Notes: generated by a model not told the origin, from the letters alone. DNA of 64,000 nucleotides from a virus (IMGVR_UViG_3300046522_000748), one strand, 5' to 3'; counted from the stretch's first letter, positions 17,642-27,117 are shown. A program made the numbers and translations.

Positions 17642-18428
17642 TGGCTTTCTCCTGTTGAGTGGTTTTCGCCTTTCGAGTGCGAACGATGGGTTGATCCTCA
17701 TAGCCGAAACCGGCCATGAATTCCCGAAAAAACAGCTTTTGCAGGAACTCCGAGTCTTCGTGACTCAGGCCTTGCGGCTGTTTGCCTTCCTCAAACAATT
17801 GGCGCAGCCGCTGCTGCTCTTCTTCATCGCATTGCAGCTCGAAACTTGGAATGGCCGCAGCCTTGAACCACCAGCGGTCTGCCAACACCAGGGCGCTTTG
17901 ATTCTCGCCCAGAGTGCCCAGCAGCTCGATGCCGCGCCCAAAGGTGCGTGAGCGCACTTCGGTGGTCAGGCAGTAGTGTGCAATGTCTTCCATCGCATGC
18001 GGGTTCTTCTGGAACGAAGAAAAGGTGTCCAGACTCAGGCCAAACAGGCTAACGGGGTCGCCCTTCTGCTCGGGACGCGACAGCCCTTCCATCGCATGCA
18101 GTTTGGTCTTGCGAATCTTCAGTGCGCTGTTGATGTCAGGCACCAGTGAGCCGACCGAGCCATCACCCAGGCTGTGGCACAACACCATTGCAGAAGGGCG
18201 CAGCATAAAGTCCTTGGTTACGACCAGCACGGCCTGACCGGTGCTCTCGTAGTATTGAGAGATCACGACATTCGGGTTTGGCGAGTTGGGATTCATCGAG
18301 GAGCCAACATCAAAATACTTGGGCGAGTAATCGTTGATGTTGTAGCAGAGATCGAGCGAATTGCTGTCAATCCTGGCGACTTGATCGAGGTCGCGGTGAC
18401 GTACCGCCATTAGAATAATGCAACCCAT
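17634..18428 (-). CDS. Hypothetical protein
   Basis: True start probably MGCIILM, behind the promoter at 18463; the 5' part of the 494-aa track ORF overlaps another gene. Confidence 0.7.
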   Translation of the reverse strand: MGCIILMAVRHRDLDQVARIDSNSLDLCYNINDYSPKYFDVGSSMNPNSPNPNVVISQYYESTGQAVLVVTKDFMLRPSAMVLCHSLGDGSVGSLVPDINSALKIRKTKLHAMEGLSRPEQKGDPVSLFGLSLDTFSSFQKNPHAMEDIAHYCLTTEVRSRTFGRGIELLGTLGENQSALVLADRWWFKAAAIPSFELQCDEEEQQRLRQLFEEGKQPQGLSHEDSEFLQKLFFREFMAGFGYEDQPIVRTRKAKTTQQEKANG

Positions 18429-18462
18429 TTGAAGACCCCTGATCAGTTGGTATATACAGGCT

Positions 18463-18500
18463 ATTATACTCGGATCAAGGTGTTTGTCAATCACATTTAC
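18463..18500 (-). promoter_or_regulatory. Sigma70 promoter with one-mismatch operator
   Basis: TTGACA-N16-TATAAT; GTCA-N7-TTAC at 18486-18500. Confidence 0.8.
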
Positions 18501-18570
18501 TCGTGGTGCCGTAGACTGGAAATGTTTGTGCCCTCGGGTTGTCGAGGGCACAGAACAACACGTGGGGGGA

Positions 18571-19125
18571 TTAGTCGAATTCGTAACCCAGCAACTTGAG
18601 TTGCTCATCGCACCATTCACGAGACGGCGCGTATTGGCCGCATTCGTGACCGCACCCCTTCTCGCCTTCGTGCCAACCTTTCCAGTCTTCAAAAGGGTCA
18701 ACGGCGCGAGCAACACGCACTCGCGGGGTTTTTTCGATAAAGGCCACCCGGTTGGCGATAACCTCTGGATCTGAACCTTCGATGCAGCGCATCGAGCAAT
18801 GATCTTCGTTAATCCAAGGCCCCAGGCGTATGCCATCGCCAATAACGGAAGCGCCAGCAACAGCGGTACTTTCACGCACAAACACGCGATAGCTTCGACG
18901 TTCATCGCGAAGCTCGCGCTTGAGCCTTTTGACGATAAGATCATCTTCCAGGTCTTTGAGGTACTGCGCCAATGCCTCGGTAGTACCGGCGTCGATAGCC
19001 TTTTGTCCGGCAGGATCAAGCTTGGCAACTGCGTACCAGTTTCGCTGCACGTTACTGCTGAGCAGGCAACGGCAAGAAAATGATTTGCATACCTTGCAGT
19101 CAAATCCACGTACTTCAAACATCAT
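18571..19125 (-). CDS. Hypothetical protein
   Basis: Start MMFEVRG; N-terminal CxxCxxxxC; C-terminal SREWCDEQLKLLGY phage-type motif. Confidence 0.7.
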   Translation of the reverse strand: MMFEVRGFDCKVCKSFSCRCLLSSNVQRNWYAVAKLDPAGQKAIDAGTTEALAQYLKDLEDDLIVKRLKRELRDERRSYRVFVRESTAVAGASVIGDGIRLGPWINEDHCSMRCIEGSDPEVIANRVAFIEKTPRVRVARAVDPFEDWKGWHEGEKGCGHECGQYAPSREWCDEQLKLLGYEFD

Positions 19126-19153
19126 GGCGGAATTCTCGCTGGGCAAAAGTGAT

Positions 19154-19336
19154 TTATGCAGCGCTGGCGTCATTCTCAGCAGGTGCCGAGCTGGTCACGC
19201 GCACCGTCTGGGTGATCTTGACGAGGGTTTCCTTGGCCTTCTGCTCGCACTGACGCAGGCTGGTGCCTGTGGCGGTGATTTGGGCTTTAGAGCCGTCTTT
19301 GCGCAGGCCGGTGAAGGAAAAGCTCATGGTGCTCAT
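19154..19336 (-). CDS. Small hypothetical protein
   Basis: 60 aa, GAGG SD, first gene after a promoter. Confidence 0.65.
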   Translation of the reverse strand: MSTMSFSFTGLRKDGSKAQITATGTSLRQCEQKAKETLVKITQTVRVTSSAPAENDASAA

Positions 19337-19369
19337 TTAGGTATTGCCTCTTTGGTTTGTATTGTCGAT

Positions 19370-19408
19370 ATTATAGTGACCCGACAAGCTTTCGTCAATG
19401 TCACTGAC
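19370..19408 (-). promoter_or_regulatory. Sigma70 promoter with operator
   Basis: TTGACG-N17-TATAAT; operator at 19394-19408. Confidence 0.85.
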
Positions 19409-19430
19409 CAAAATAAATGATTAATTACGA

Positions 19431-19661
19431 TCAGTGCCCGTAATTGCAGCCGATCATATAGGTGATGCCATTGATTACCGTGGTGGTGTCAAAACGACCG
19501 CAGCAGCCTCTTTTCGCGAGTGCGTAATAGGCATCCTCGCTCTCATGATTGCCCCTGATCGCGGCCCGGCAATTATCGGCGCAATCCAGGTTATGGCGGG
19601 CGATTTCGTAATTGAGGTCTTCGCGAAGTTGCGGAATTTGTTCGAACAAGCTTGGCGACAT
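19431..19661 (-). CDS. Small phage-type protein
   Basis: CADNCR...GCCGRFD...IGCNYGH. Confidence 0.7.
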   Translation of the reverse strand: MSPSLFEQIPQLREDLNYEIARHNLDCADNCRAAIRGNHESEDAYYALAKRGCCGRFDTTTVINGITYMIGCNYGH

Positions 19662-19735
19662 TATGAAATCTCTTTTGTTGGGCTGACGGCAGGGAGCGGT
19701 GCCCTGCCCTGGGCAGTGATTTCGACGAACTAACG

Positions 19736-20077
19736 TTACGATTGAATCTTCAGAATCTGGATATCCTTTCGTACATGGGAGGAGCTATACATCAGCTTAT
19801 CAAAGGCCTGATCGTCGATCAGCAGGATGTCATTTCCATTGCACATGACTTGATAGGTGTGCTCTTCGACGCCATCGTTCTCAACCATGACTTTTACATA
19901 TTCGAATGTGTCCATGTCATCCAGTTCGAACATCAGCGAACCGCTATGATCCCTGTTGGCGCGCAGGATGTGCGTGAACTGGCGACCAATTTCAGACAGT
20001 TTTTTACCGGTCATCAGCATGGAAAATTGCTGATCCGCATTGATGATTTTGATGCGACCGATGTTTTTGCTGCTCAT
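19736..20077 (-). CDS. Hypothetical protein
   Basis: 113 aa; promoter TTGCAA-N17-TACAAT at 20137-20165. Confidence 0.7.
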   Translation of the reverse strand: MSSKNIGRIKIINADQQFSMLMTGKKLSEIGRQFTHILRANRDHSGSLMFELDDMDTFEYVKVMVENDGVEEHTYQVMCNGNDILLIDDQAFDKLMYSSSHVRKDIQILKIQS

Positions 20078-20209
20078 TGTTCAAACCCTTTGTGGAGTAG
20101 CGACATGCTCAAGGCAGGCTTGCCCGACAGATGTTTATTGTACTGACATTTGTCGGAAATTGCAAGCTTACTTTGTTGGCCGGTCGTTATACCCCTTGGG
20201 TTTTACCTG

Positions 20210-20806
20210 TCATTCTTGGCGCTTTTTTATCGGCATGGTAATGACATTATTGGTGATCGGTGGCTTCTCGACCACAGCCTCTGGCTGGACGACAACCTGC
20301 TCCAGGCGAAACGTCAATATCAGTACGGGGTCAAGTACATGCTCAAGGTAAAAGCGTGCGGTACAATCTTGACCAACGATTTCGATGCTGCCCAGGCACA
20401 ACTTCAACTTCAATGTTTCTTGACTGCTTTTCAAATATTTTTTCAGGTGTTTGACTTCGCTGTCCAGCATCTCCAGATACATGGCTTTGCCTTCTGCTTC
20501 GTCGAGATCATCGGGATTGTCCAGTGGTTGGACAGCGACGGCATCCAGCGTCTCCTTGTGCTCCATCATCAGATCATAGATACACTGATGAATCAGATTC
20601 TGCGGGACTGTTTCAACTTGAGCGTAAAGAAATTGAGTAAGATTTTGATGAAGTAGAGTGAATTCTTCAGCAATTTTTAGGCATTTGCTAAAATCTGCGG
20701 CAGGATTTTCAGTAGGAATAACGTAAGATACGAAGTTGTCTATTTTATAATCATCTTCAAGTTCTATGGAGAAATCTCTGTCTTCTGAGTTGTAAATAAG
20801 TTCCAA
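20210..20806 (-). CDS. Hypothetical acidic protein
   Basis: 198 aa, AGGAG SD before TTG. Confidence 0.7.
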   Translation of the reverse strand: MELIYNSEDRDFSIELEDDYKIDNFVSYVIPTENPAADFSKCLKIAEEFTLLHQNLTQFLYAQVETVPQNLIHQCIYDLMMEHKETLDAVAVQPLDNPDDLDEAEGKAMYLEMLDSEVKHLKKYLKSSQETLKLKLCLGSIEIVGQDCTARFYLEHVLDPVLILTFRLEQVVVQPEAVVEKPPITNNVITMPIKKRQE

Positions 20807-20963
20807 TTGGCATCTCCTGCTTATAATTATTTGTAATCAAAATCATGATGCCATAATTAATGATTAAGTCAAATAAGCAGGAACTAATATCGTTGAATTA
20901 ATTGATGTTTTTTAGTTTATTTACCGCTGGCGCACAAGTAGCGCCAGCAGTATTGGGGAGGGT

Positions 20964-21290
20964 TTATGGCTGGCTGTCTCGACGACGCGCTTCTGCTACA
21001 GTGACGCATCCGTAATCAGGGTGCATCGTCCAAGGGCTTACGTCCAGAAGGCGACAGACCTCGTTATGCAGTTCATCGAAGCCTTGAATGCAATCGCAGC
21101 CTCTGGCCACATCCATATCAAGACTCTCTGCCAGATGCTGGAGTCCAAGATAGGTATCCTTGAGCATCGTGTCTGGCGTCAACAGATCAAAACACAGGTT
21201 GTGAAAATGGGGGTGGTGCGTCGGCGACTGACCGAATTTCAGCTCCAGTGGCAGGAGTTGATGCGCGACTTTGGCGATAATCGGTTCCAT
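20964..21290 (-). CDS. Hypothetical protein
   Basis: 108 aa, AGGA SD. Confidence 0.65.
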   Translation of the reverse strand: MEPIIAKVAHQLLPLELKFGQSPTHHPHFHNLCFDLLTPDTMLKDTYLGLQHLAESLDMDVARGCDCIQGFDELHNEVCRLLDVSPWTMHPDYGCVTVAEARRRDSQP

Positions 21291-21323
21291 GCTTGCTTCC
21301 TGTGAGCAGTCCGTGAAGGTTTC

Positions 21324-21444
21324 ATTCTAGCGTCACCCTTGTGCGCAGTCAATCATGCTGACCTTAATCCGACAAAAATACTGGCGAGATCAGTGCTTTT
21401 CGGCTGTCATTTATATTGACATTTTATGGATTTTTGAGTAGAGT
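21324..21444. promoter_or_regulatory. Divergent promoter pair, each with a perfect operator
   Basis: Minus strand TTGACT-N17-TAGAAT (operator 21348-21362); plus strand TTGACA-N17-TAGAGT (operator 21406-21420). Confidence 0.85.
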
Positions 21445-21483
21445 TTCCTCACTGCGGGTTTCTCACCAACTTAAGGCGCCAAC

Positions 21484-21726
21484 ATGAAAGAACACGACAT
21501 TGTATCGGATGTGGATCTTGACACGGCCCACGCATTCGCCAATTTCGGCATGGAAAAACGGGAAGTTATTCGCTTGGCCGTGCTGAAATGCGCCAGCGGG
21601 TTGGCTCAAGGTCATACCTCGCGGGTCATTTGCGAGGAATTGGGCTTGATCGATGAGGATTACAGGATTACGTGTAAAGGTCAGGCTTATCTGTGGGCAG
21701 CGTTCAGCAACGGCAGCAATTTTTGA
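21484..21726 (+). CDS. Small protein, possibly winged-helix-like
   Basis: 80 aa; ELGLIDEDYRITCKGQAYL resembles a wHTH wing. Confidence 0.6.
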   Translation: MKEHDIVSDVDLDTAHAFANFGMEKREVIRLAVLKCASGLAQGHTSRVICEELGLIDEDYRITCKGQAYLWAAFSNGSNF

Positions 21727-21758
21727 TATTTTGATCGGGCGTATATCGGGATTCCTGT

Positions 21759-21797
21759 GTCAACACCATTGACACCGATGTGCATTCCGAGTACAAT
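21759..21797 (+). promoter_or_regulatory. Sigma70 promoter with operator
   Basis: TGTCA-N7-TGACA; TTGACA-N17-TACAAT. Confidence 0.85.
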
Positions 21798-21823
21798 GGA
21801 GTCATCGAAACGGGAATCCAGAC

Positions 21824-22060
21824 ATGACCCAAATTATTGAAAAGCAGGCCAATCAGTACGACAAGGGCGAACGCGTAACTTGCCCTCATTGCGGTGCTGT
21901 TCAGCCAGACGAGGTGGAAGCCTACGTCGTTCAGGGCACGCTTGAAATTGTCACAGATAGCTGCGAGACCTGTCACAAGCGCTTTTCCATTCTGGAGCTG
22001 ACCTGTGGCCTGTATCAGCTGCGCAAACTGAACACTCCGCCACAAAAACCAAAGGTGTAA
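21824..22060 (+). CDS. Zinc-ribbon protein
   Basis: CPHC...CETC. Confidence 0.65.
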   Translation: MTQIIEKQANQYDKGERVTCPHCGAVQPDEVEAYVVQGTLEIVTDSCETCHKRFSILELTCGLYQLRKLNTPPQKPKV

Positions 22061-22063
22061 TCC

Positions 22064-22597
22064 ATGAGCTTTAGCCATTTCTCGAAATCCGCCAAAGCAG
22101 CCTACATTTTGGCGGTCAGCAGCCATCGGGCGATCATTGAATATGGTCAATCCGTCAGGTTGCTCAAAGACGGCGATGACGAACAGTGGGATCAATCGTT
22201 CAAGGGTTTTTCCGAAGGCGTTCTGATTCATGGTGCAGAAGGCGTGATCCGCGTCACTGTCGGCCACCATCGTTCGCACATGGACGATGACACCACGCAG
22301 GCATGGGGCGATGACGGTGATCCTATTGATTGCCAATGCCTGTACCAGCCTCCGCAACAAGCGCACTGCCCAGTGCCAGCGCTGGAACTGTGGGCGAGCA
22401 ACGAACTCGGAGAAATGATCTGTATCGAGCGCCTCAACTGGGTTGAGGATTGCCTTCAGTTTGTCGGTTCAAAATCCGCTCTTGGTTATTTCGGCGACAT
22501 TACGATTGAATTGATCAAGCCTTTTGTCGCCCCTCAGCTCCCTGACAACGAAAGCGTCGAAACCGTCGAAGTCGATGAGTGGTACGGTTATCCCTGA
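22064..22597 (+). CDS. Hypothetical protein
   Basis: 177 aa, operonic. Confidence 0.65.
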   Translation: MSFSHFSKSAKAAYILAVSSHRAIIEYGQSVRLLKDGDDEQWDQSFKGFSEGVLIHGAEGVIRVTVGHHRSHMDDDTTQAWGDDGDPIDCQCLYQPPQQAHCPVPALELWASNELGEMICIERLNWVEDCLQFVGSKSALGYFGDITIELIKPFVAPQLPDNESVETVEVDEWYGYP

Positions 22598-22650
22598 AAT
22601 TGGGCGATTCTGTGTTCCACTCTCAATCATTCAATCGTCTGGATTAAATC

Positions 22651-23022
22651 ATGCACCAGCCTCATGCCATCCCTTTGTTCACCCTGGTCGAAATTCTCGG
22701 CAACCCTGAAGATCCAAGGATTAACGATGGCTTGCGCCTGTATGTTCAATTCCACGAATACGACTGCGATGGCACACCACTGTACGCGCTAACATCCAAC
22801 TTCAAAACCATCGGGCGGCATTTGCAAAGCCGCCTCGGTATGACTGATGAGGATCGTGCATATTACCTGCGCCACGGCAGGGCTGTCATGCATGGTTACT
22901 CGGAAAAATCATTGGTTGTAATTCACTCTGCTGAAATCACTCTGGCCGGTCTGGCAGAAGCAGGGTATCGCTTCGATGGCAAATCGGTCGAATGGATAGA
23001 GCGCGACCAGTCTGCCATGTAA
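22651..23022 (+). CDS. Hypothetical protein
   Basis: 123 aa; LYV..H.YDCDGTPLYAL motif of phage-type proteins. Confidence 0.7.
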   Translation: MHQPHAIPLFTLVEILGNPEDPRINDGLRLYVQFHEYDCDGTPLYALTSNFKTIGRHLQSRLGMTDEDRAYYLRHGRAVMHGYSEKSLVVIHSAEITLAGLAEAGYRFDGKSVEWIERDQSAM

Positions 23023-23057
23023 ATCACATTGACAATATTTCGAGGGTTGTGTATACT
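23019..23057 (+). promoter_or_regulatory. Sigma70 promoter with one-mismatch operator
   Basis: GTAA-N7-TGAC; TTGACA-N17-TATACT. Confidence 0.8.
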
Positions 23058-23084
23058 CACCCCATTCTCTTGAGGAGTCACCCT

Positions 23085-23516
23085 ATGCATCCCTCGCTGT
23101 TTGTCGAAAAGTACCTGACCAATGTCTCTTTGCTGATCAAGGACATGGTTCGAACAAATGAGCGTTATGATGACATGATGTTCAATATGCGCTCTCGCAC
23201 CTCCTACGACGAACCTGCTCAGGCAGAAGGCTGGGTGCAGTGCTTTGATGATCAGGGGAATTACCACAACAAGCAGACGGGAGAGTTCTCTCTTGCTGGC
23301 AGTTGGGAAGAACTCTGTGATGAGCAACACTACGCGGCTTACCAGTCCGATGTAATGGGCTACTACATCATTGACCCTTCCATGGTTGAGCGCTTCAAAG
23401 AGGAAGGTGAGTTGGTGATGGAAGATTTTTTCGGCCTGTGCCTCTGGGGTCGCTGCACCACTGGTCAATCGGTTCATGATGATGGTGTAATACAGCGGAT
23501 CGCTGAGGTCATCTAA
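23085..23516 (+). CDS. Hypothetical protein
   Basis: GAGGAG SD before MHPSLF; LWGRCTTGQSV..DGVI motif. Confidence 0.75.
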   Translation: MHPSLFVEKYLTNVSLLIKDMVRTNERYDDMMFNMRSRTSYDEPAQAEGWVQCFDDQGNYHNKQTGEFSLAGSWEELCDEQHYAAYQSDVMGYYIIDPSMVERFKEEGELVMEDFFGLCLWGRCTTGQSVHDDGVIQRIAEVI

Positions 23517-23575
23517 TCGACAGGCGCCCAACATACCGGGCGCCCTGCCCCGCACCTGCTGTACAAGGTTTTCTG

Positions 23576-23797
23576 ATGAGTAACATTTACGCCCTGATCG
23601 TCACCAAGGACAACATTCCCCTGACTGTGGATATGCTCCAGGGTGACCAATACGCCTTCCGCCGTTTTCGAGAGGCCATTAACGGCGAAACCCAGGACAT
23701 GGATGATGAAGACGACATCAACGCCATTATCGACGCAGGCAGTCTCTTGACGGATGACGGTTCCATAGCGCTGGTGTTGATAGAGCAAGGGTGCTGA
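23576..23797 (+). CDS. Small acidic protein
   Basis: 73 aa, AAGG SD. Confidence 0.6.
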   Translation: MSNIYALIVTKDNIPLTVDMLQGDQYAFRRFREAINGETQDMDDEDDINAIIDAGSLLTDDGSIALVLIEQGC

Positions 23798-23885
23798 ACA
23801 AACAACCCGGCTGGCCACTTTCCCACGCAGTGGGGCAATTGCATGATCCGCCAACCAGTACTATTTCTTAAGGCATGAGGCTTTT

Positions 23886-24596
23886 ATGAATACTCCACCA
23901 GTTGTGAATGTAGGACTCATTTTTGGTACTGAGTACGCTCATGCTTATGACCGTCATGGCATGTCGGCACGGAACGTCGAGAACGTTCATGTTTTTGATT
24001 TTGCCAACAAAGCTGAGTCTGAAGCCTTCTTGCAGGGTGTTGATGACGCCTCGGGCTGGTTGGACTACGATGCCGCCGATGATCAAAAACTGGTTGCAAT
24101 GGGGCTGAACCCTGAACTAACGGTGGTTGCCGCTTTCGGTAAAGGCGCCTCTATCGACGATGAGTTGGGTGATGATGACGATGAAGGCGGCGAGCATACC
24201 GAAAGTAATGGCGATGACAAACCTGAGCCGGTGACGTTTACCTTCGGTACAGCCGCAGAACGCAAGGCGTTCCAGAAAGGTCTGGAAGAAGGCATTGGCT
24301 GGATGGAGTATTCACAGCTCAGTGAGGAGTCTCTGGCAGCTTATCAGCAGGCCTCGGCCAAGCTGGGTGGCGAAACTCCAGTCATTCACGGCTTCAGAAT
24401 TGATCTAAAAAATGGCGAGCAACTGACTGTGGCCACCTACATGGATGCTCAGGAAGTTAATGCGGCACTAGTGAATGCCAGGGCCTACATCGAGACAATG
24501 CGCTCTTACGATGTCGATGGCTTTGATGAGCTTGATCACAAGCCTTGTGACGATCTTGAGCCTGGGCTTGAGCAATGTCTTTTGGATGCGGTGTAA
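23886..24596 (+). CDS. Acidic protein with an internal duplicated motif
   Basis: F.FANKAESEAFLQGV...GW.DY repeated as F.FGTAAERKAFQKGL...GW.EY. Confidence 0.75.
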   Translation: MNTPPVVNVGLIFGTEYAHAYDRHGMSARNVENVHVFDFANKAESEAFLQGVDDASGWLDYDAADDQKLVAMGLNPELTVVAAFGKGASIDDELGDDDDEGGEHTESNGDDKPEPVTFTFGTAAERKAFQKGLEEGIGWMEYSQLSEESLAAYQQASAKLGGETPVIHGFRIDLKNGEQLTVATYMDAQEVNAALVNARAYIETMRSYDVDGFDELDHKPCDDLEPGLEQCLLDAV

Positions 24597-24658
24597 GTAA
24601 GATAACCAACCATGTGGTTGTCAGGGTAAAACGGCCAGACGAGCGGATGATTATGTCA

Positions 24659-24687
24659 TTGACATTTCATCCGTAAATCTGTATGAT
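24659..24687 (+). promoter_or_regulatory. Sigma70 promoter
   Basis: TTGACA-N17-TATGAT; degenerate operator. Confidence 0.8.
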
Positions 24688-24723
24688 TACTCTCAAATCA
24701 AGTCAGTCATGAGAGCAGTCAGC

Positions 24724-25008
24724 ATGCAGGCAGTCAGTTTCGCTAATTCGTTGCCAAAGCCTACCGCTGGGGCGGATGGTCTCTTTACCGGGGTTGTTGA
24801 AAACCGTTACGACCCCAAGGAATACAATCAGGTCGATCAGTTTGGTCGGTCGTATACGCTTGATCAACTCAGCCGTGAGGATCTGATGCAGCTCGCCTGT
24901 TATGGGATTGATGCCATGGAGCGAATGGATGTGCTGATCGACAAGCAACTCCAGCTTGCCGACAGTTGGCGTAAAGACATGCAGTTGCCAGTTGAATCAG
25001 TCGATTGA
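24724..25008 (+). CDS. Hypothetical protein
   Basis: ORF followed by terminator 25024-25052. Confidence 0.65.
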   Translation: MQAVSFANSLPKPTAGADGLFTGVVENRYDPKEYNQVDQFGRSYTLDQLSREDLMQLACYGIDAMERMDVLIDKQLQLADSWRKDMQLPVESVD

Positions 25009-25168
25009 TACTTCATGTGATTAAAAAGCTCGGGCGTTACGTCCGAGCTTTTTATTTTGCCTGGATTAATGATTGTAGATTTTCAGGCAAACTCTTCTTG
25101 TTCAGATAATCGCTTATTGATGAAAATCGGGGCCATGATATATTATCGACTTAACTATGGAGATAATC

Positions 25169-25429
25169 ATGAGTACCGTAAAGATTTCTGTTTATTTAGA
25201 GAACGGGCTGGTCTACAGCTATACAGTTAATTCCCCCTCCTCTGCTCGTGAACACGCTTACGAAATCGTGCAAACCGGCTACCGACACACCACCCCCACC
25301 GGCCTGACTCATTACCCTCCACATAAAATCAAGAAGGTGAAGTGCGAGATTGATCCGGCCACTATCCAAGAGGGTGAGCCAGATGATGTCTTCACCACGG
25401 GCTACTCCGACACCGTTCGTGGGACTTGA
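25169..25429 (+). CDS. Small phage-type protein
   Basis: GGAG SD; AREHA..IV.TGYRH...HYPPH.I.KVK. Confidence 0.7.
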   Translation: MSTVKISVYLENGLVYSYTVNSPSSAREHAYEIVQTGYRHTTPTGLTHYPPHKIKKVKCEIDPATIQEGEPDDVFTTGYSDTVRGT

Positions 25430-25583
25430 TCGAAGTCTATGGGTGCAATCTATGGTGATGTGAGGCGGCTTAGGCTTAATTGATGTGATCGGTAGATCGT
25501 GAGTACAGCAAAGGCCCTGCCCGCTATTCGCGACCAGAAGGGTTCCAGCGGGGGTCGGTTCTTTGTCCTGAAACCCTCTCAAA

Positions 25584-25685
25584 ATGTCCGCTGATGTCCG
25601 GTTATGTCCGATGAGGGCGGCAAAGCCAAGCGGGCCGGGCTTCAGGTCAGGCGCAATGATGTCCGGCCATGTCCGCTCATGTCCG
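25584..25685. repeat. Two triplets of ATGTCCG at a 10-bp period
   Basis: 25584, 25594, 25604 and 25659, 25669, 25679. Confidence 0.9.
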
Positions 25686-25699
25686 ATTGATCGACGGGA

Positions 25700-26053
25700 T
25701 TACTTGCTTGGCTGGGGAATTTTCACTTTTCGGCTTGTGTGCTTGATGGCCATTTCGACACGCAGTGCCAGGAACTCAGGGGAGTCTTCCAGCAGGTTGT
25801 TACGCCGCTGATTGCAGCGTTGGTGTGAGATCGAAAGGTTATCCATGTCATCGGTGCCGCCGTGAGACAGCGGCAGGACATGCTCTAGGGTGGCATGCTG
25901 TTCTTCGACGTGACACTCGCACACAAAGCATGGCACCCTGCCGTGCTTTTTGTTGAGCATGCGATAAATCGTTTCGCGTCGCCCCTTCCTGACGCTGCCT
26001 GCAAGGCGTGCTTTCATGGCCGAGGACAAGTACAGTTTTTTGGCTTTGGCCAT
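25700..26053 (-). CDS. HNH endonuclease
   Basis: CFVC...ATLEHVLPLSHGGTDDMDNLSISHQRCNQRR. Confidence 0.9.
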   Translation of the reverse strand: MAKAKKLYLSSAMKARLAGSVRKGRRETIYRMLNKKHGRVPCFVCECHVEEQHATLEHVLPLSHGGTDDMDNLSISHQRCNQRRNNLLEDSPEFLALRVEMAIKHTSRKVKIPQPSK

Positions 26054-26074
26054 TCAGGGCGGCTCCTGGCGGCG

Positions 26075-26428
26075 TTAGTGCGGTAGATTCAGATCGACTT
26101 TGTACACCTTGCCGACCAGCTTGGTGCTGCCGTTCTTGAGTCGTTGGTAGAAGCCGGTGAAATGGTACACACCCACTTCACTGCAAGGCCCTTCATCCTT
26201 GGTCAAATCGATGAGGTATTCCTGGCGATCTTCAAAGTAGGCTGGGCCTTCGTCGAAGGTCGGAAATTCACTGCTGACCACCACCACGTCACCATGTTGG
26301 CCGTTGATGAACACGAAACGGCCTTCATGTTTGGAGCCCGGCTCAGCGTCCATATGACCCCATGTTTGCGCCACGATTTGAGCGGCAGTGTGCGCTTCGG
26401 CGATTTCAATGGCGGAGGCGAAAGACAT
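26075..26428 (-). CDS. Hypothetical protein
   Basis: 117 aa, AGGA SD. Confidence 0.7.
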   Translation of the reverse strand: MSFASAIEIAEAHTAAQIVAQTWGHMDAEPGSKHEGRFVFINGQHGDVVVVSSEFPTFDEGPAYFEDRQEYLIDLTKDEGPCSEVGVYHFTGFYQRLKNGSTKLVGKVYKVDLNLPH

Positions 26429-26466
26429 GATGAAGTCCTGTGGTTAATTGTGTTTTGGTAAAGGGT

Positions 26467-26505
26467 ATTATACTCACATACAACCACATGGTCAACCTTA
26501 TTGAC
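26467..26505 (-). promoter_or_regulatory. Sigma70 promoter with operator
   Basis: TTGACC-N17-TATAAT; operator at 26491-26505. Confidence 0.85.
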
Positions 26506-26574
26506 ATTGCAGCCCAGCTTCTTAAACGGATATTATTTAGTTGACGTATATCGCATGATTTGTATAATCGAATC

Positions 26575-26655
26575 TTACGAGACGAAATACCAAGATTGGA
26601 TAATCTCTTTCTTTGATGCACGCAAAACCCACATGGTTCTCCATGTGGGTTTTTA
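26575..26655 (+). ncRNA. Candidate small RNA (~80 nt)
   Basis: Promoter TTGACG-N16-TATAAT (26541-26568), no ORF, ends in terminator 26624-26654. Confidence 0.45.
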
Positions 26656-26682
26656 GTTTCTGGTGCTGGCTGGTCGGTAAGC

Positions 26683-27057
26683 TTACGCGGCGACTGGTTC
26701 CGGCTGTTTGGCCAGTTCGCAGGCGGCTTCATACAGTCCCTCAAAATCGCCGTATTCCTGCACCATTGACGCAGGCAGCTCTTGGCCGGTAGCGAGGAGG
26801 TAGGTGTCGAGCATCGATTTGGCGCCGCCAATCTTGAACGCCATTTGATGCATAGCGCGAATGCTGGAGGCATCTTTGTGCGTTTCGAAGTTGATGATCC
26901 AGCTCAAGGTGGAGCCCAGGATGCCACGGTAACCGGCCACCAGCTTGTTGGTGGTGGTATCCATGTTCCGCATGTCGGACATGATGCGCTCGCGCAGCTC
27001 TGGAAGCGTATTGCGAATGTATTCGGCGGTCGGTGTCAGGGCTTGGCTCACGGTCAT
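26683..27057 (-). CDS. Hypothetical protein
   Basis: 124 aa, GGAG SD. Confidence 0.7.
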   Translation of the reverse strand: MTVSQALTPTAEYIRNTLPELRERIMSDMRNMDTTTNKLVAGYRGILGSTLSWIINFETHKDASSIRAMHQMAFKIGGAKSMLDTYLLATGQELPASMVQEYGDFEGLYEAACELAKQPEPVAA

Positions 27058-27078
27058 TCTCCATCAGGAAGTACGCAA

Positions 27079-27117
27079 ATTATATCGGCAGTTGGCCACC
27101 ATGTCAATACAGATGAC
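27079..27117 (-). promoter_or_regulatory. Sigma70 promoter with operator
   Basis: TTGACA-N17-TATAAT; operator at 27103-27117. Confidence 0.85.

Noticed and set aside
17634-19118. 494-aa ORF as a single gene
   Set aside because: Its 5' half overlaps 18571..19125 in another frame and spans an internal promoter. The real gene probably starts at 18428.
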